Position numbers and translations under genes: made by a program. Below the pieces are notes generated by a model that saw only the letters and a program-made list of their open reading frames with translations, had not been told where the DNA came from and searched no databases. A stretch of DNA of 64,000 nucleotides, taken from Mobula hypostoma. Its lineage: Eukaryota. The DNA is taken from NCBI RefSeq assembly GCF_963921235.1, contig NC_086097.1, positions 22,384,001 through 22,448,000 of the forward strand, read 5' to 3'. Positions within the stretch are counted from its first letter, which is position 1. The number at the start of each line of letters is the position of its first letter. Positions 36,241 through 49,379 of this stretch are shown piece after piece.

Positions 36241-39200
36241 TTCCAAAGACACTCCTCAGTGCCCTAGCACTCACTGTGTAAGACCTACCCTGACTGGTCC
36301 TCCCAAAGCACAGCACGTCACAGTTGTCTGCATTAATTACCATCTGCCATTTTTCAGTCCACTTTTCCATTTTGTCCAGACCCCACTACAAGCTTTGATA
36401 GTTTTCCTCGCTCTCCACTACACCCCCATTCTTGGTGCCATTCGCAAAGTTACTGATTCAGTTAACCATCTCATCAGCCAGAATGTTGATATAGATGACA
36501 AAAAACAACAACAGACTGGGCACTGATCCCTGCAGCACTTCACTAGTCACAGGCCTCCAGTCAGAGAGGAAACCATCTACTACCACCGTCTGCCTTCTCT
36601 CACAAAGCCAATGTCCAATCCAATTTATTACCTCATCTTGAATGGCAAACGACCAAAACTTTTTGACCAACACCCCCACGCAGGATCTCGTCAAAGTCCA
36701 TGTAGACAACATCCACTACCTTGCCTCCATTAGCTTCCCTGATAATTTCCTCAAACTTTCTAAGATTGGTTAGACATAACTTAGCACAGTCAAAGCCATG
36801 TTGACAATCCCAAATCAGGTACTCATCTATCTAATCTCTTAGAATGCCTTCCAATAACTTTCCACTGCAGATGTCAGGCTTACCAGCCTATAATTTCCTG
36901 GCTTATTCTTAGAGTCTTTCTTCAACATTGTAAGAACATAAGCTATTCTCCAATCCTCTGGTACCTCACCCATGGAAAAGGAAGCTTTAACTACCTCTGC
37001 TAGGCTGCTGCAATTTCTGCATTTGCCTCCCACACAGTCCAAGGGAACACCTTCTCAAACCCTGGGGATTTATCCATCCTGATTTGTGTCAAGACAGCTA
37101 ACACCTCCTCCTCTGTAATCTGTATAGGGTCACTGCTGCATTTCTTCACATCTATAGACTCGGCATCTGTCTCCCAAGTAAATACAGATGAAAAGCTTCT
37201 ATTTAAGGTCTCCCCTAATCTCTTTCAGCTCCTTGCATAGATTACCACTCTGATCTTCCACAGGACCAATTTTTTCCCTTCCTATCCTTTTGCTCATGGT
37301 ATATCTGTAGTAGCTCTTAGGATTCTCCTTCACCTTGTCTGCTAGAACAATCTCATGTCTTCTTTTAGCCCTTCTGATTTCTTTCTTAAGTGTTCTGTTG
37401 CATTTCTTATACTCCTCAAGTACCTCATTTGTTCCTGTCTGCCTAGACATGCTATGCACCTCTTTCTTTTTCTTAACGAGGGCCTCAATATCTCTTGAAA
37501 AGGAAGGTTCCATCCTTGCCTTTTATTTTGACAAGAACATACAAACTCTAAACTCTCAGAATTTCAATTTAAAGACCTTCCATTTACCAAGTATACCTTT
37601 GCCAACCTATCTCAATCTATACTTGCCAGATCTTTTCTGACACCATCAAAATTGGCCTTTCTCCAAATTAGAATCTTAACCTGAGGACCAGACCTATCCT
37701 TTTCCATAATTACCTCGAAACTAATGGCATTAATATCTCAAGATACAACATGTTCCCTTACTCAAAACTTCTGTCACCTGCCTTGTCTCATTCCCTAATA
37801 GGAGATGCAGTATCTCTCTCTCTTTCTCTCTCTAGTAGGGACTTCTATGTACTGATTAAGAAAACTTACTTGAACACATTGGAGGAGGAGGAGGAGGAGC
37901 TTAAGAGAATCAATGGCACCTAATGGCAACTTCTTTGTTTGCATCTTCGGAAACAGCTCTATTTCTACCTTTAATATCTCTGTTTTTCCCTTTCAGGGTT
38001 CTTTTGAAGACCCTGGCCTGGAGTTACATGCTGACTATGGTTCTTTGCAGGAATTGGATCCGCTGTCAGGGTTTCACGACTGGCCGTTATTCGGCACCCT
38101 GAGGGCGCAGCCTAGGAGCTTCACTGGCCTTCAGAGGGCCGTAATCTCGTGGCTCTGGAGACGGGTGGATCAAAGGTCAGTGTCACAGCAGGAGATCGGT
38201 GTGTCATGGGAGTCAGAAGATCGAAGGCCATGTGCCCGGAGACTTGAGATCTTTGGGCACAGAGCTCGGAAAAAGTGACGCAATAGACTTTTAACATCGT
38301 AAAGCAGCAAGTTATTTATTACGTCTCCCCTCTCACTGTGAAACAGAGACATCTCTTTCTCCCTTATTAGGGAGTGAGAGAGAGCCTGTGGTATGTCGAA
38401 TACTGGGTGAATGAGTGGTCTTTGGGGTACTGCAAGTCTGTGTCTTTGCTGTTGCTTTGCTGCATGCTTGAGCACTCAGTGCTGATGCTTCTTTTTGTTG
38501 GTGGGGACAGGGGGGATCGTTGCTTGCTGCTGCTTATGCACAGGAGGGAGGGAAGCTGGGGGGGGACTTTGGGGTTCTAACATTTAACTGTCATTCACTC
38601 TTTTGGGGTAGTCTTCTGTTTTTGTGGATGGTTGCAAAGAAAAAGCATCTCAGGATGTATATTGTATACATTTCTCTGACGTTAAATGTGCCTTTGAAAC
38701 CTTTGAAACCTTGAACAATCTCTTTCCCATCCAGCCCTTTTACAACATGGGAGTCCCAGTCAATATGTAGAAAGCTAAAATCACCTTCATATAATCACAA
38801 CCTTATGTTTCTTGCAACCTTCTGCGATCTGTACAAATTTGCTCCTCTAAACCCCGTAGACTGCAGGGTGGTCTGTGAAATAATCCCTTTAACTTGGTTA
38901 TAACTTTCTTATTCCTCAGATAAAGCCTCACTGGATGAGTTCCCCTGTCTGTCCTGACTTAAGGGCTCCTGTGACTATTTACCAGACTAGTAATGCCACC
39001 TTTCCCACCCTATCATGTATAAAGCAACTGAACCCCAAAACACTGAGCTGCCAGCCCCACCCCTCCTGCATCTAAGTCTCACTAATGTCTCCAATGTCGT
39101 AATTCCACGTGCTGATCCAATGCCCAAAGCTCGTCTGTCTTCCCTACAGTACTCCGTGCATTGAAATGTAGGCAGCTCAGAACTTCAGCTCACGATGCTC

Positions 39201-39530
39201 AGTCATTCAATTCCTAGCTTACTATGTTCTGGTGTACTGGTTCTCATCCCTCTGCAACTCTACTTTAAACATCCCACTCCACCCCTGGCAAACCTTCCTG
39301 CTAGGATATTAATCTCCATCCAGTTCAAGTGCAAACCCTCTCTTCTGTACAGGTCCCACCTTCCCTGGAAGAGAGCCCAATGATAAAAAATCTGAAGCCC
39401 TCCCTCCTGCATCAACTCCTTAGACACATGTTAAACTCTATAACCTTCCTATTTCTGGCCTCACTAGAATATGGCACGGGTAGCAATCCTGAGATCACAA
39501 CCCTGGAAGTAATATCCTTTAACTTAGTAC
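36241..39530 (-). mobile_element. CR1 LINE (ORF1 esterase end, APE, RT), decayed and interrupted at 37881-38710
   Basis: SGLLPVP and RWDLYRR.GLHLN (ORF1); ADKVKENPKSYYRY, VPEDWRIA, WRPVTS.V.QGSV (ORF2). Confidence 0.85.
37881..38710 (+). mobile_element. Non-autonomous retroelement with a (CTTTGAAAC)n tail
   Basis: Interrupts the CR1. Possible TSD TTGAACA at 37870-37876 and 38711-38717. A related tail occurs at about 56240-56580. Confidence 0.6.
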
Positions 39531-39533
39531 CTA

Positions 39534-41150
39534 CAGCACCTCTAGAAAATATTCACCATCATTGTTTTACTGTTTTACAGCACTGAATCACAGTCGACTT
39601 ATTTTGTTTTTTTTTGATACTGATCAACAGAAAAAGACTTTTCGTGTCAAAGTGAAAACATCTCTGCAGTGAGATCTAAATTAATTACAAATACAAACAG
39701 AAAATAATTCTTTGCATAAGTAATCACCCACTTGAGTATGACACACCAAATCATCACTGGTGCAGCCAATGGGTTTTAGAAGTCATGTAATTAGTTAAAT
39801 GGAGATCACCAGTGTGCAGTCATTGTGTTTCCTTTGATTGTAGTAAAATTACACCTGTATCTGGAAGTTCCAACTGCTGGTGAGTCAGTATTCTGGCTAA
39901 AACTACACTACGAAGACAAAAGAGCAATGGCAGGCAACTCCGCAAGAAGGTTATTGAAAAGCACAAGTCAGGAGATGGATACATGAAAATTTCCAAGTCA
40001 GTTAATATCCATTGGAGTATAATTAAGTCAGTCATCAAGAAATTGAAAGAATATGGCTCAGCTGTAAATCTGCCTAGAGCAGGTCATCCTCAAAAACTGA
40101 GTGACTGTGCAAGAAGGGACGAGTGAGGGAGGCCACTAAAGAATCTATGGTAACTCTGGAGGAGTTACAAGCTTCAGTGGCTGAGATGGGAGAGACTGTG
40201 CGTACAACAACTGTTGCTCGGGTGCTTCACCAGTCACAGCTTTACAGAAGAGTGATAAAGAGAAAGCTACTGTTGGAAAAAAAACTCACATGAAATCTCA
40301 GCTAGGGTTTGCCAGAAGACATTTGAGAGACTCTGAAGTAATCTAGAAGAAGGTTCTATGGTCTGATGAAACCAAAACTGAGCTTTTTGACCATCAGACT
40401 AAATACTATGTTTGGCACAAGCCAAGCACTGCACAAAAACACACCATCCCTACTGTGAAGCATGGTGGTGGCTGCATCATGCTGTGGGGATGCTTCACTG
40501 CAGCAGGCCCTGGAAGGCTTGTGAAGGTAAGGGGTAAAATGAATGCAACAAAATGCAGGAAAATCCTGGAGGAAAACCTGATGCAGTCTGCAAGAGAACT
40601 GCGACTTGGGAGAACATTTGTTTTCCAGCAAGACCACGACCCCAAGCATAAAGCCAAAGCTACACAGGAATGGCTTAAAAACAACAAAGTTGATGTCCCA
40701 TAGTGGTCGTCAGAGTGCAGAGCTCAATCCAATTGTGAATTTGTTGCTGGACTTGAGAAGGGCTGTTCACTCACAATCCCCATGCAACCTGACAGAGCTT
40801 GAGCAGTCTTGTGAAGAAGAATGGGGGGGGGGGGCGGGGGGAAATTGCAGTGTCCTAGCCAAGCTGATAGAGACTTAGCCACACAGACTCAAGGCTGTAA
40901 TTGCTGCTAAAGGTGCATCTACTAAATACTGACTTGAAGCAGGTGAATACTTATGCAATCAATTATTTAGTGTTTTATATTTGTAATTGATTTAGATCAC
41001 TTTGTAGAGATTTGTTTTCAGTTTGACACGAATGAGTCTTTTTCTGTTGACCAGTGTCAATAAAGCCAAATTAAATCCACTGTGATTCAATGTTGCAAAA
41101 CAATAAAACATGAGAACTTCCAAGGGGGAAAATACTTTTTATAAGCACTT
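39534..41150 (+). mobile_element. Full-length but defective Tc1-like transposon with long TIRs
   Basis: TA flanks and about 200-bp inverted ends. Transposase remnants from about 39910 to 40931: KISK, LPRAGHPQKL, WSDETK, KHGGGCIMLWGCF, FQQDHDPKH, ELNPIVN, with frameshifts and stops. Confidence 0.9.
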
Positions 41151-41319
41151 TAGATGAGTTGGGCTGAAGGGCCTGATTTTCATGCTAGATAACTCTCTGA
41201 TTCTTTGACTCTGTCTGCTTTGGAGACTCCACTTGTTAATATTCACCGACGGACTTTGACAAATGGCAAAGCCCCACCAGAGCCATGAGCATTATTTAGT
41301 CATCTAAATTCATTTGCAG

Positions 41320-41690
41320 TTTTAAGGCCTCAATAGAGTGCATGTGGAGAGGAGAGAATGTTCCTTATGGTGAAGGAGCCTAAGACCAGAGGACACAGCC
41401 TCAGTATAGATAGACATCTATTTAGATTCCTCATCCATCTCTGATGAGGAGGAATTTCTTTAGCCAGAGAGTGGTGAATCTGTGGATTTCATTGACACGG
41501 ACGACTGTGGGTGCCAAGAGACTGTGGATATTTAAGGCAGAGGTTGATACGTACTTGATTAGTCACGATACGAGGGGATAAGGGATGAAGCTAGGGGACT
41601 GAGGCTGAGAAGGAAATGGGGGAGCAGACTCGATGGACCAAATGGCCAGATTCTGCTTCTATACCACATGGTCTTGTGGTCTTAACATCT
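41320..41690 (+). mobile_element. CR1 LINE 3' end
   Basis: TRGHSL and TTCTTTAGCCAGAGAGTGGTGAATCTGTGG, then 3' UTR. Confidence 0.75.
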
Positions 41691-42081
41691 CTGATTCTTA
41701 GAGATATTTAAAAGCTTTTAAATTTTAAAATAATTTTAAAATTATGAAAAAAAGCTAATTAAAATTACCTAAAACACCTACAAATAATTAATAAGTAATT
41801 CACATTAGTCTTTTTTCTTCTAATTATCAACTAATTGATACCCAGTGAGATCAATCTGATTCTGTACCAGCTCTAACCGAACACAGGATTGGGAAGGGGG
41901 TTACCCATTGGAACGGATTGCCAATCTCAGCAAGTCTAGTCTCTGCTTCTGGATACCTCCTGGACTGAAATAGCACACTCAGTGCGTCCAATCTGTGCTA
42001 ACAGGATACGTTTGACAAACTTGGATATGGGGGATCCCAGGCTTTCTGTCATTTAATTGATAAAGCACTAGAACGTCCACG

Positions 42082-42400
42082 TTGGCACAGTAGCATAGTT
42101 GTTAATGCATCACCACCCGGCACGAGTTGTAAGATCAGAGTTTGATTCACACTGTTGTCTGTACGGAGTTTATACATTCTCCTGGTGACCATGGGGGATT
42201 TCTCTGGGTACTTCAGTTTCCTCCCATATTCTAAAGATGAACGGGTTAGTGTTAGTGAGTTGTGAGCATGCTTTGTTAGCACGGGAACTGTGATGACACT
42301 TGTAGGGTGCTCAGCACAATCCTCACTGATTTGATTTGATGTAAATGACACTTTTCATTATATGTTTTGATGTACATGTGACAAATAAAGCTAAACTCTT
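42082..42400 (+). mobile_element. V-SINE-like element
   Basis: TGGCACAGTAGCATAG head, GGAGTTTATACATTCTCC...GTTTCCTCCCATATTC core and ACAAATAAAGCTAA tail. Confidence 0.7.
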
Positions 42401-44022
42401 TATTGGCCAGTGAGATCCAATCATTTAACTCTGTTTCTTCCATCACAGATGCTGCCTGACCTGCTGAGTATTTCCAGCTGCCTATGTTTTTCTTATCAGG
42501 CTATCATCACAGTTTGTGGGATCTTTTCATGAGGCAATATGGCTCCATTTCTGCTTCATTACATCAATGATGCCATTATTGGATGCCCTTCTGGTTACCA
42601 CCCTATAAGAGGGAATTGGAAGCCTTGGACAAGGTGCAAAAAAGGTTCACTAGGATGGTAGCTAAACTAATAATAATAACTTATTTATAGAGCACTTTTC
42701 AATGGGATAAAGTGCAAACACAAAAATAAAAGACAAAAAGATGTTACTTAAAAGCAAGGTAAAATAAATAGGTTTTGAGCTGGTGTTTAAAAGTATCAAC
42801 TGAGTCTGCAACCCTTACAATTTAAGGTATTGATTCCACAGTTTAGGAGCATAGTTCTTGAAAGCTGACCTGCCAATTACCTTTTGAGGTAGGGTGCTTA
42901 AATTTAAGAGACAGGCAGAAGAAAACCTGAAAGCTGGAACAGGATTATAAGACGAAAGTGATTTGGTGCTGTTGGCCAGTCCCAAACCACTAAGAGTTTA
43001 AAAAAACATGAAGGAGAACATTAAAATCAATTCTCAAAGATACAGGATGCTAACGCAGAGTAGCAAAGATGGCAGTGATATGCTCCCTCATCCTGGTTTT
43101 AGTTAAAAGTCTAGCAATTATATTCTGAATGAGTTGAAGTTTGTCAATAGATTGCTTTGGAAGGCCAGTAAAAATGCATTGCAGTAATCTGGTCTATTTG
43201 ATATAAGGGTGTGAATTAGACTTTCAGCACCATTACTTGAGAGAAACGGATGTTACTTTGCAATATTTCTTAACTGTAGAAATGTTACTCCGGTCATTTT
43301 ATTTATGTAGGATTTAAAATCTGAAACAAGGTTAACATCCAGGCTTGTTACTTCTGAATTTACAAGAGGAGCCAAGTTCCTAAGTTTATCAAGAGGTTAT
43401 CTGTTTTGGCTTTGGGACCAACAAAAAGTATTTCAGTTTTATCTTTATTTAGTTTTAGGAAATTATTGCTCCTCCATTTGTTTATTACAGAATCTAGAAA
43501 TCAGAGAAGACTGGATGTTATCATCATCAGGCTCAACTGAGATATACAATTGTGTGTCATCTCTATAACTGTGGATATAAAGTTTAGGCTCTGTAAAGAT
43601 GTCTCCTAAGGGGAGCATATATAAGGAGAAGAGTAGGGGATCAAGACAGCTTATCTGAAGGTACATCATATCTCTTAGAAAAAATGGTCTCCAATACAAG
43701 ACAAAACATTTTCTCTCTAAGATGTACTGCATGAGCAAAACCAATTAAGTGTACTACCAGAGAGGCCAACCCATTTCTCAAGGTGATCTAGGAGAGTGTT
43801 GTGATCCAATGTGTTGAAGGCAGCAGTTAGATCTATGAGAATTAGAACTGAGACCTTGTTGGCATCAATGTTGAATCTAAGGTCGCTGACAATCTTGTTA
43901 AGAGCTGTCTCTGTGACTGAAACTTTTCTAGGATATTGTTCTCATTCAGAAAGTTGTTGAGTTAGTTGAAGATGACTTTCTCAAGAATCTTTCCCAGGAA
44001 GGGAAGATTTGATATTGGTCTT

Positions 44023-46870
44023 AAACACAAAATACTCTGCAGATGCTGGGGTCAAAGCAACACTAACAACACACTGGAGGAAATCAACAGGTCGGGCAGC
44101 ATCCGTGGAAACGATCAGTCAACGTTTCGGGCCGGAACCCTTCATCAGGACTGAAGAGGGAAGGGGCAGAGGCCCTATAAAGAAGGTGGGGGGAGGGTGG
44201 GAAGGAGAAGGCTGGTAGTTTCCAGGTGAAAAACCCTTAGGGGGAGAGATAAAGGGGTGGGGGAGGGGAAGCAAGGAGGTGATAGGCAGGAAAGGTGAAG
44301 AAGGAATAGGGGAAAGCACAATGGGTAGTAGAAGGAGGCGGAACCATGAGGGAGATGATAGGCATTTGGGGGAGGGGGCAGAGTGAAATAGGGATAGGGG
44401 AAGGGAGGGGGAGTGAATTACCGGAAGTTGGAGAATTCTATGTTCATACCAAGGGGCTGGAGACTACCTAGACGCTTATATGAGGTATTGCTCCTCCAAC
44501 CTGAGTTTAGCCTCATCATGGCAGTAGAGGAGGCCATGTATGGACATATCCAAATGGGAATGTGAAGCAGAGTTGAAGTGGGTGGCAACTGGGAGATCCT
44601 GTCTGTTGTGGCGGACGGAGTGGAGGTGCTCAACGAAGCGGTCCCCAAATCTGCGTCGGGTTTCACCGATGTAGAGGAGGCCGCACCGGGAGCACCGGAT
44701 GCAATAGATGACCCCAACAGACTCACAAGTGAAGTGTTGCCTCACCTGGAAGGACTGTTTGGGGCCCTGAATGATGGCAAGAGAGGAGGTGTAGGGACAG
44801 GTGTAGCACTTACGCTTACAGGGATAAGTGTCGGGTGGGAGATCCATGGGGAGGGACATGTGGATCAGGGAGTCGCGGAGGGACCGATTTCTGCGGAAAG
44901 CAGAGAGGGGTGGAGAGGGAAGGACGTGCTTAGTGGTGGGGTCCTGTTGGAGGTGGCGGAAGTTGCGGAGGATAATGTGCTGGATTCGGAGGCTGGTGGG
45001 GTGGCAGGTGAGGGCAAAGAGAACTCTGTACCTGTTTGGTGGTGGGAGGGTGGGGTGAGGGCCGAAGTGCGGGAAATGGAGGAAATGCGGGTGAGGGCAT
45101 CATTGATGACGGCAGAAGGGAAACCACGATTCTTAAGAAAGAGGACATTTGAGATGTCCTGGAACGGAAAGCCTCATCCTGGGAGCAGATGCGACGGAGA
45201 CGGAGGAACTGGGAATAGGGAATGGCATTTTTGCATGTGGCAGGGTGGGAAGAGGTATAGTTGAGGTAGTTATGAGAGTCAGTTGGATTGTAGAAGATGT
45301 CAGTGGACAGTCTGTCTCCAGAGATGGAGACCGAGACATTGAGAAAGGGGAGAGAAGTGTCCGTATACACCAAGTGAATTTGAGGGCTGAGTGGAAGTTT
45401 GAAGTAAAGTCGATGAAATTGACGAGGTCAGCATGGGTTCAGGAAGCAGCACCAATGTAGTCGTCAATGTAGCGAAGGAAAAGTTGGGGAGCAGTACCAA
45501 AATAGGTTTGGAGCACAGACTGTTCCACATAACCAACGAAGAGGCAGGCATAGCTGGGGCCCATGCGAGTGCCCATAGCTACACCCTTGGTCTGAAGAAA
45601 GTGGAAAGAGCCAAAAGAGAAGTTATTAAATGTGAGTACCAGTTCCGCCAACTGGAGGAGAGTAGTGGTGGTGGGGAACTGGTGAGGTCTATCGTCCAGA
45701 AAGTAGCGGAGGGCTTTGAGGCCTTCTTGATGTGGAATGGAGGTGTAAAGGATTGGACATCCATTGTGAAAATGAAGCGGTCGGGACTGGGGAACTGGAA
45801 GTTATTGAAGAGGTGGAGGGCATGGGATGTATCCCGGATGTAGGTGGGGAGGGACTGAACTATGGGTGACAAAATGGAGTCCAGGTAGGCAGATACAAGT
45901 TCGGTGGGACAGGAGCAGGCAGAAACTATGGGTCTACTGGGACAGTCAGGCTTGTGGATCTTGGGGAGGAGGTAAAACCAAGCGGTACGGGGTGTGGGAA
46001 TTATGAGTTTAGCGGAGGATGGAAGGTCTCCAGAGTTGATAAGGGCAGTGATGGTACGGGAGACAATGGTTTGATGTTTTCTGATGGGGTCCTGTTCCAG
46101 GGGTAAGTAAGAGGAGGTGTCAGAGAGCTGCCGTTTGGCCTCAGTGAGGTAGAGGTTCGTCCGCCAGAATACTACGGCACCACCTTTGTCTACGGGTTTG
46201 ATGGTGAGGTTGGGATTAGTGTGTAGAGAGTGGAGGGCAGTGCGTTCAGAGGGAGTGAGGTTGGAACATGGGAGAGGAGTGGTGAAGTTGAGACGGTTGA
46301 TGTCTCGGCGACAGTTGGAGATGAAACAATCGAGTGCAGGTAGAAGGCCCAGGTGGGGTGTCCAGGAGGAGGAGGGGGGTTGAAGACGGGAGAAGGGGTC
46401 ATCAGTAGGGGGAGGGGAACCCTTGCCAAAGAAGTAGGCTTGGAGACATAGGCGACGGAAGAAGAGTTCAGCGTCATGGCGGGCACGGAACTCACTGAGT
46501 TGTGGACGGAGGGGGACAAACGTGAGGCCCTTGCTAAGGACAGAACATTATGCCTCAGGGAAGGGGATGGTGAAGACACTGCAAGGGTTGGGGCTAGGGT
46601 CAGAGGAGGGTAAAGAGTGGGAGGTCTCAGGATGGAGAGGGGGGCTGGGATATTCGGGGAGAGCGAGGTTAGGGGTGGATGAGGGATCAGAGGAATGGAG
46701 GGGCAATGAGGGTAGAGGGAAGGTTGGGAATCGTGGGGAGGAAAGAGGGTGGTGGGGGAATAAGACGGGCGGTAGGACCCAGCGGCAGTAAGAGCGGTCC
46801 CGGTCTGGAGAGGGTCAAGACTTCGGTCCGAGCTCGATCTGGAGCTGGGTTGATATTGTTCTGGAGCTAG
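44023..46870 (-). mobile_element. Penelope-like element, about 2.85 kb: RT + GIY-YIG + pseudo-LTR, frameshifted
   Basis: YIRDTSH, FTMDVQS, QTKGVAMGTRMGPSYACLFVG, LRYIDD, AIPYSQFLRLRRICS, VIYCIRCSRCGLLYIGET, MNIEFSNFR*. Confidence 0.93.
44115..44154 (-). ncRNA. Minimal type I hammerhead ribozyme motif, best-preserved copy
   Basis: UCAGUC-CUGAUGA-AGGGUUCCGGCCC-GAAAC-GUU-GACUGA: 6-bp stem I, intact core, palindromic AACGUU in place of stem III. Confidence 0.75.
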
Positions 46871-47359
46871 CTAGTACCTCACTATCAAGCCTGGCTTTTT
46901 AAGTAGGGTTTGACAGTTGTAATTTTGAGAGCATATGGAAAAAAGCTCCAGTTTCAAGGGATGTGTTAATAATTTTCCTAACAAACTTGAACACACTATT
47001 AAAAGAGTCCTTAAAAGGTGTGCAACCTTGTAGAGTGCAGACTCAGAAATTCTGACAATTTCTATCTTTTTTACAAGGTTGGCTACAGATGTTACCAGAA
47101 TCTGTAGCAATACTGTCCCTATTGGAAGTAATTTTGTTGATAAAAATGATTGCAAGTTCTTCACATTTTGTGGCAGATGCTTGACTGAGGACATTCTAGG
47201 TAGGGGCAGTGTACAATAGTCAACTTATAGATGAGAACAATATTCTTTAATCATTGTAATTCTCTGTAATAATCTTAGAAAATTGGGCTCTTCTTGCAGA
47301 GCATATAACAACTGGAGTATTTACAAGGTTGGAAAAACTTGGATTGTTTTAAACAATTA

Positions 47360-47680
47360 AATGATTAGTTTTATTGGTTACATGTACATCAAATCAACAA
47401 AACATACTGTGAAATAAGTCGTCTAGGCCAATGACCAACAAAACCTGAAGATGTGCTATGGGCAGCTTGCAAGTGTCACCATACTTCTGGCGCCAACATC
47501 ACATGCTCACAACTTATTAACTCGAACCCGTACATCTTTTAGAATGTGGGAGGAAACCAGAGCATCTGGAGGAAACCCATGCAGTCATGGGGAAAACATA
47601 CAAACTCTTTACAGAGGTAGCAGGAATTGAACCCCGACCTTCTGATTGTAGATACTGTAGAGTGACATTAACCATGACAC
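47360..47680 (-). mobile_element. V-SINE-like element
   Basis: TGTGGGAGGAAACCAGAGCATCTGGAGGAAACCCATGC is the reverse complement of the V-domain core. Confidence 0.7.
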
Positions 47681-48593
47681 TGCTGTGTATTTCTCTGAAG
47701 CATTAGAGGCTGCCGAGCAACTTGATGGATGTATACAAAATTCTGAGAAACATTGCTAGGTTAGATGCACAGAATTTTTTTACCAGGGTGGTTGCGTCAA
47801 ATGTTTTTAAGAAGGAAGTGGAGAAGTTTAAAGGAGATTTGCAAGGCATTTTTCTACATAGAGAGTGGTTGGTATCTGAAATGCATTGTTGGACACGATG
47901 GTGTGATTAGGCACAGCGCAAACACCATATATTAATTGGCCAATCACGTAACTATTGTCAGCAAAATCTCAGATGGCAATGAGAAGGTGTACAGGAGTGA
48001 GATACTGTAGATTGTCTGGTTGAGTGGTGTTACAATAACCTCAGAAGTCAGGATCTAGTGGCACGAACAAGTGTCACAAACTGGGTTCTTCCTTGGTTGC
48101 AGTGGATGACCATGACGTCTTGTATGCCTTCTAATGCCTCTTGCTCTCCACCGAGCTTCCTGGCCGTTGAATCTCATCCGCCCTGCCCGCAGGAGCTGAC
48201 TTCGTCTGCTGGGACAGGCATGTCCCTATCTCATGGGGTAGGAGCTGCCTGGTTTCACCCGCATATCGAAGCAGGGTACCAGGGTGTGGTCAATGTCACA
48301 TACAAACAGCTATTTGGAGCCAGAGGTGAGAGCTGAGTGTCCGGTGGGGACCAAAGGTGAGGGAGCTGCCCCGGAATATTTATATATAAATATAAAATCG
48401 TAATTGATAGTATATTTTATGTAATGCACTGCACTGCAGTTGCAAAAAAAGCAAAGTACACAGCATATTTCTGGAATAACAAACCTGATTGTGATTCAGG
48501 TGTGGTGGTGCAGTAGATTTGATAACAATGTTTAAAGGACATTAGGACAGCCACATGAATAGACAGATACAAACTATGTGCCGGCAGATAGGA

Positions 48594-49379
48594 CAAACAT
48601 GAGGAAATCTGCAGATGCTGGAATTTCAAGCAACACACATAAAAGTTGCTGGTGAACACAGCAGGCCAGACAGCATCTATAGGAATAGGTACAGTTGACA
48701 TTTCGGGCCGAGACCCTTCGTCAGGACTAACTGAAAGAAGAGATAGTATTTGAAAGTGGGAGGGGGAGGGGAAGATCCGAAATGATAGGAGAAGAGAGGA
48801 GGGGGGAGGGGGGATGGAGCCAAGAGCTGGACAGTTGATAGGCAAAAGGGAATACGAGAGGATCATGGGACAGGAGGCCCAGGGAGAAGGAAAGCGGGAG
48901 GGGGAATCCCAGAGGATGGGCAAGGAGTATAGTGAGAGGGACAGAGGGAGAAAAAGAGAGAAAAATATATAATAATAATAATAATAAATAAATATGGGGG
49001 TTCGTACCCCATCTGTTATTTATTTATTATTATATATATTTTTTCTCTCTCTTTTTCTCCCTCTGTCCCTCTCACTATACCCCTTGCCCATCCTCTGGGT
49101 TTTCCCCCCTCCCCCTTTTCTTTCTCCCTGGGCCTCCTGTCCCATGATCCTCTCGTATCACTTTTGCCAATCAACTGCCCAGCTCTTGGCTCCATCCCTC
49201 CCCCTCCTGTCTTCTCCTATCATTTTGGATCTCCCCCTCCCCCTCCCACTTTCAAATCTCTTACTAGCTCTTCTTTCAGTTAGTCCTGACGAAGGGTCTC
49301 GGCCAGAAACGTCAACTGTACTTCTTCCTAGAGATGCTGCCTGGCCTGCTGCGTTCACCAGCAACTTTTATGTGTGTTA
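48594..49379. mobile_element. Penelope pseudo-LTR insertion arranged as an inverted repeat, 13-bp TSD
   Basis: Minus copy about 48594-49000 and plus copy about 49005-49379. CCGGCAGATAGGA at 48581-48593 versus CCAGCAGATAGGA at 49380-49392. Hammerhead motifs near 48692-48728 (-) and 49281-49318 (+). Confidence 0.85.

Larger units (their letters stand above)
42668..47290 (-). mobile_element. L2 LINE RT region, split by a Penelope insertion at 44023-46870
   Basis: LLKKPGL near 46890 rejoins RPISNLPFLGKILEK at 44022. Also [22 protein letters not shown] and an AAGTGCTCTATAAATAAG(TTA)n tail. Confidence 0.85.

Noticed and set aside
44578..45843. Long + strand ORFs of 228, 103 and 136 aa
   Set aside because: They are antisense shadows of the Penelope RT/endonuclease frame.
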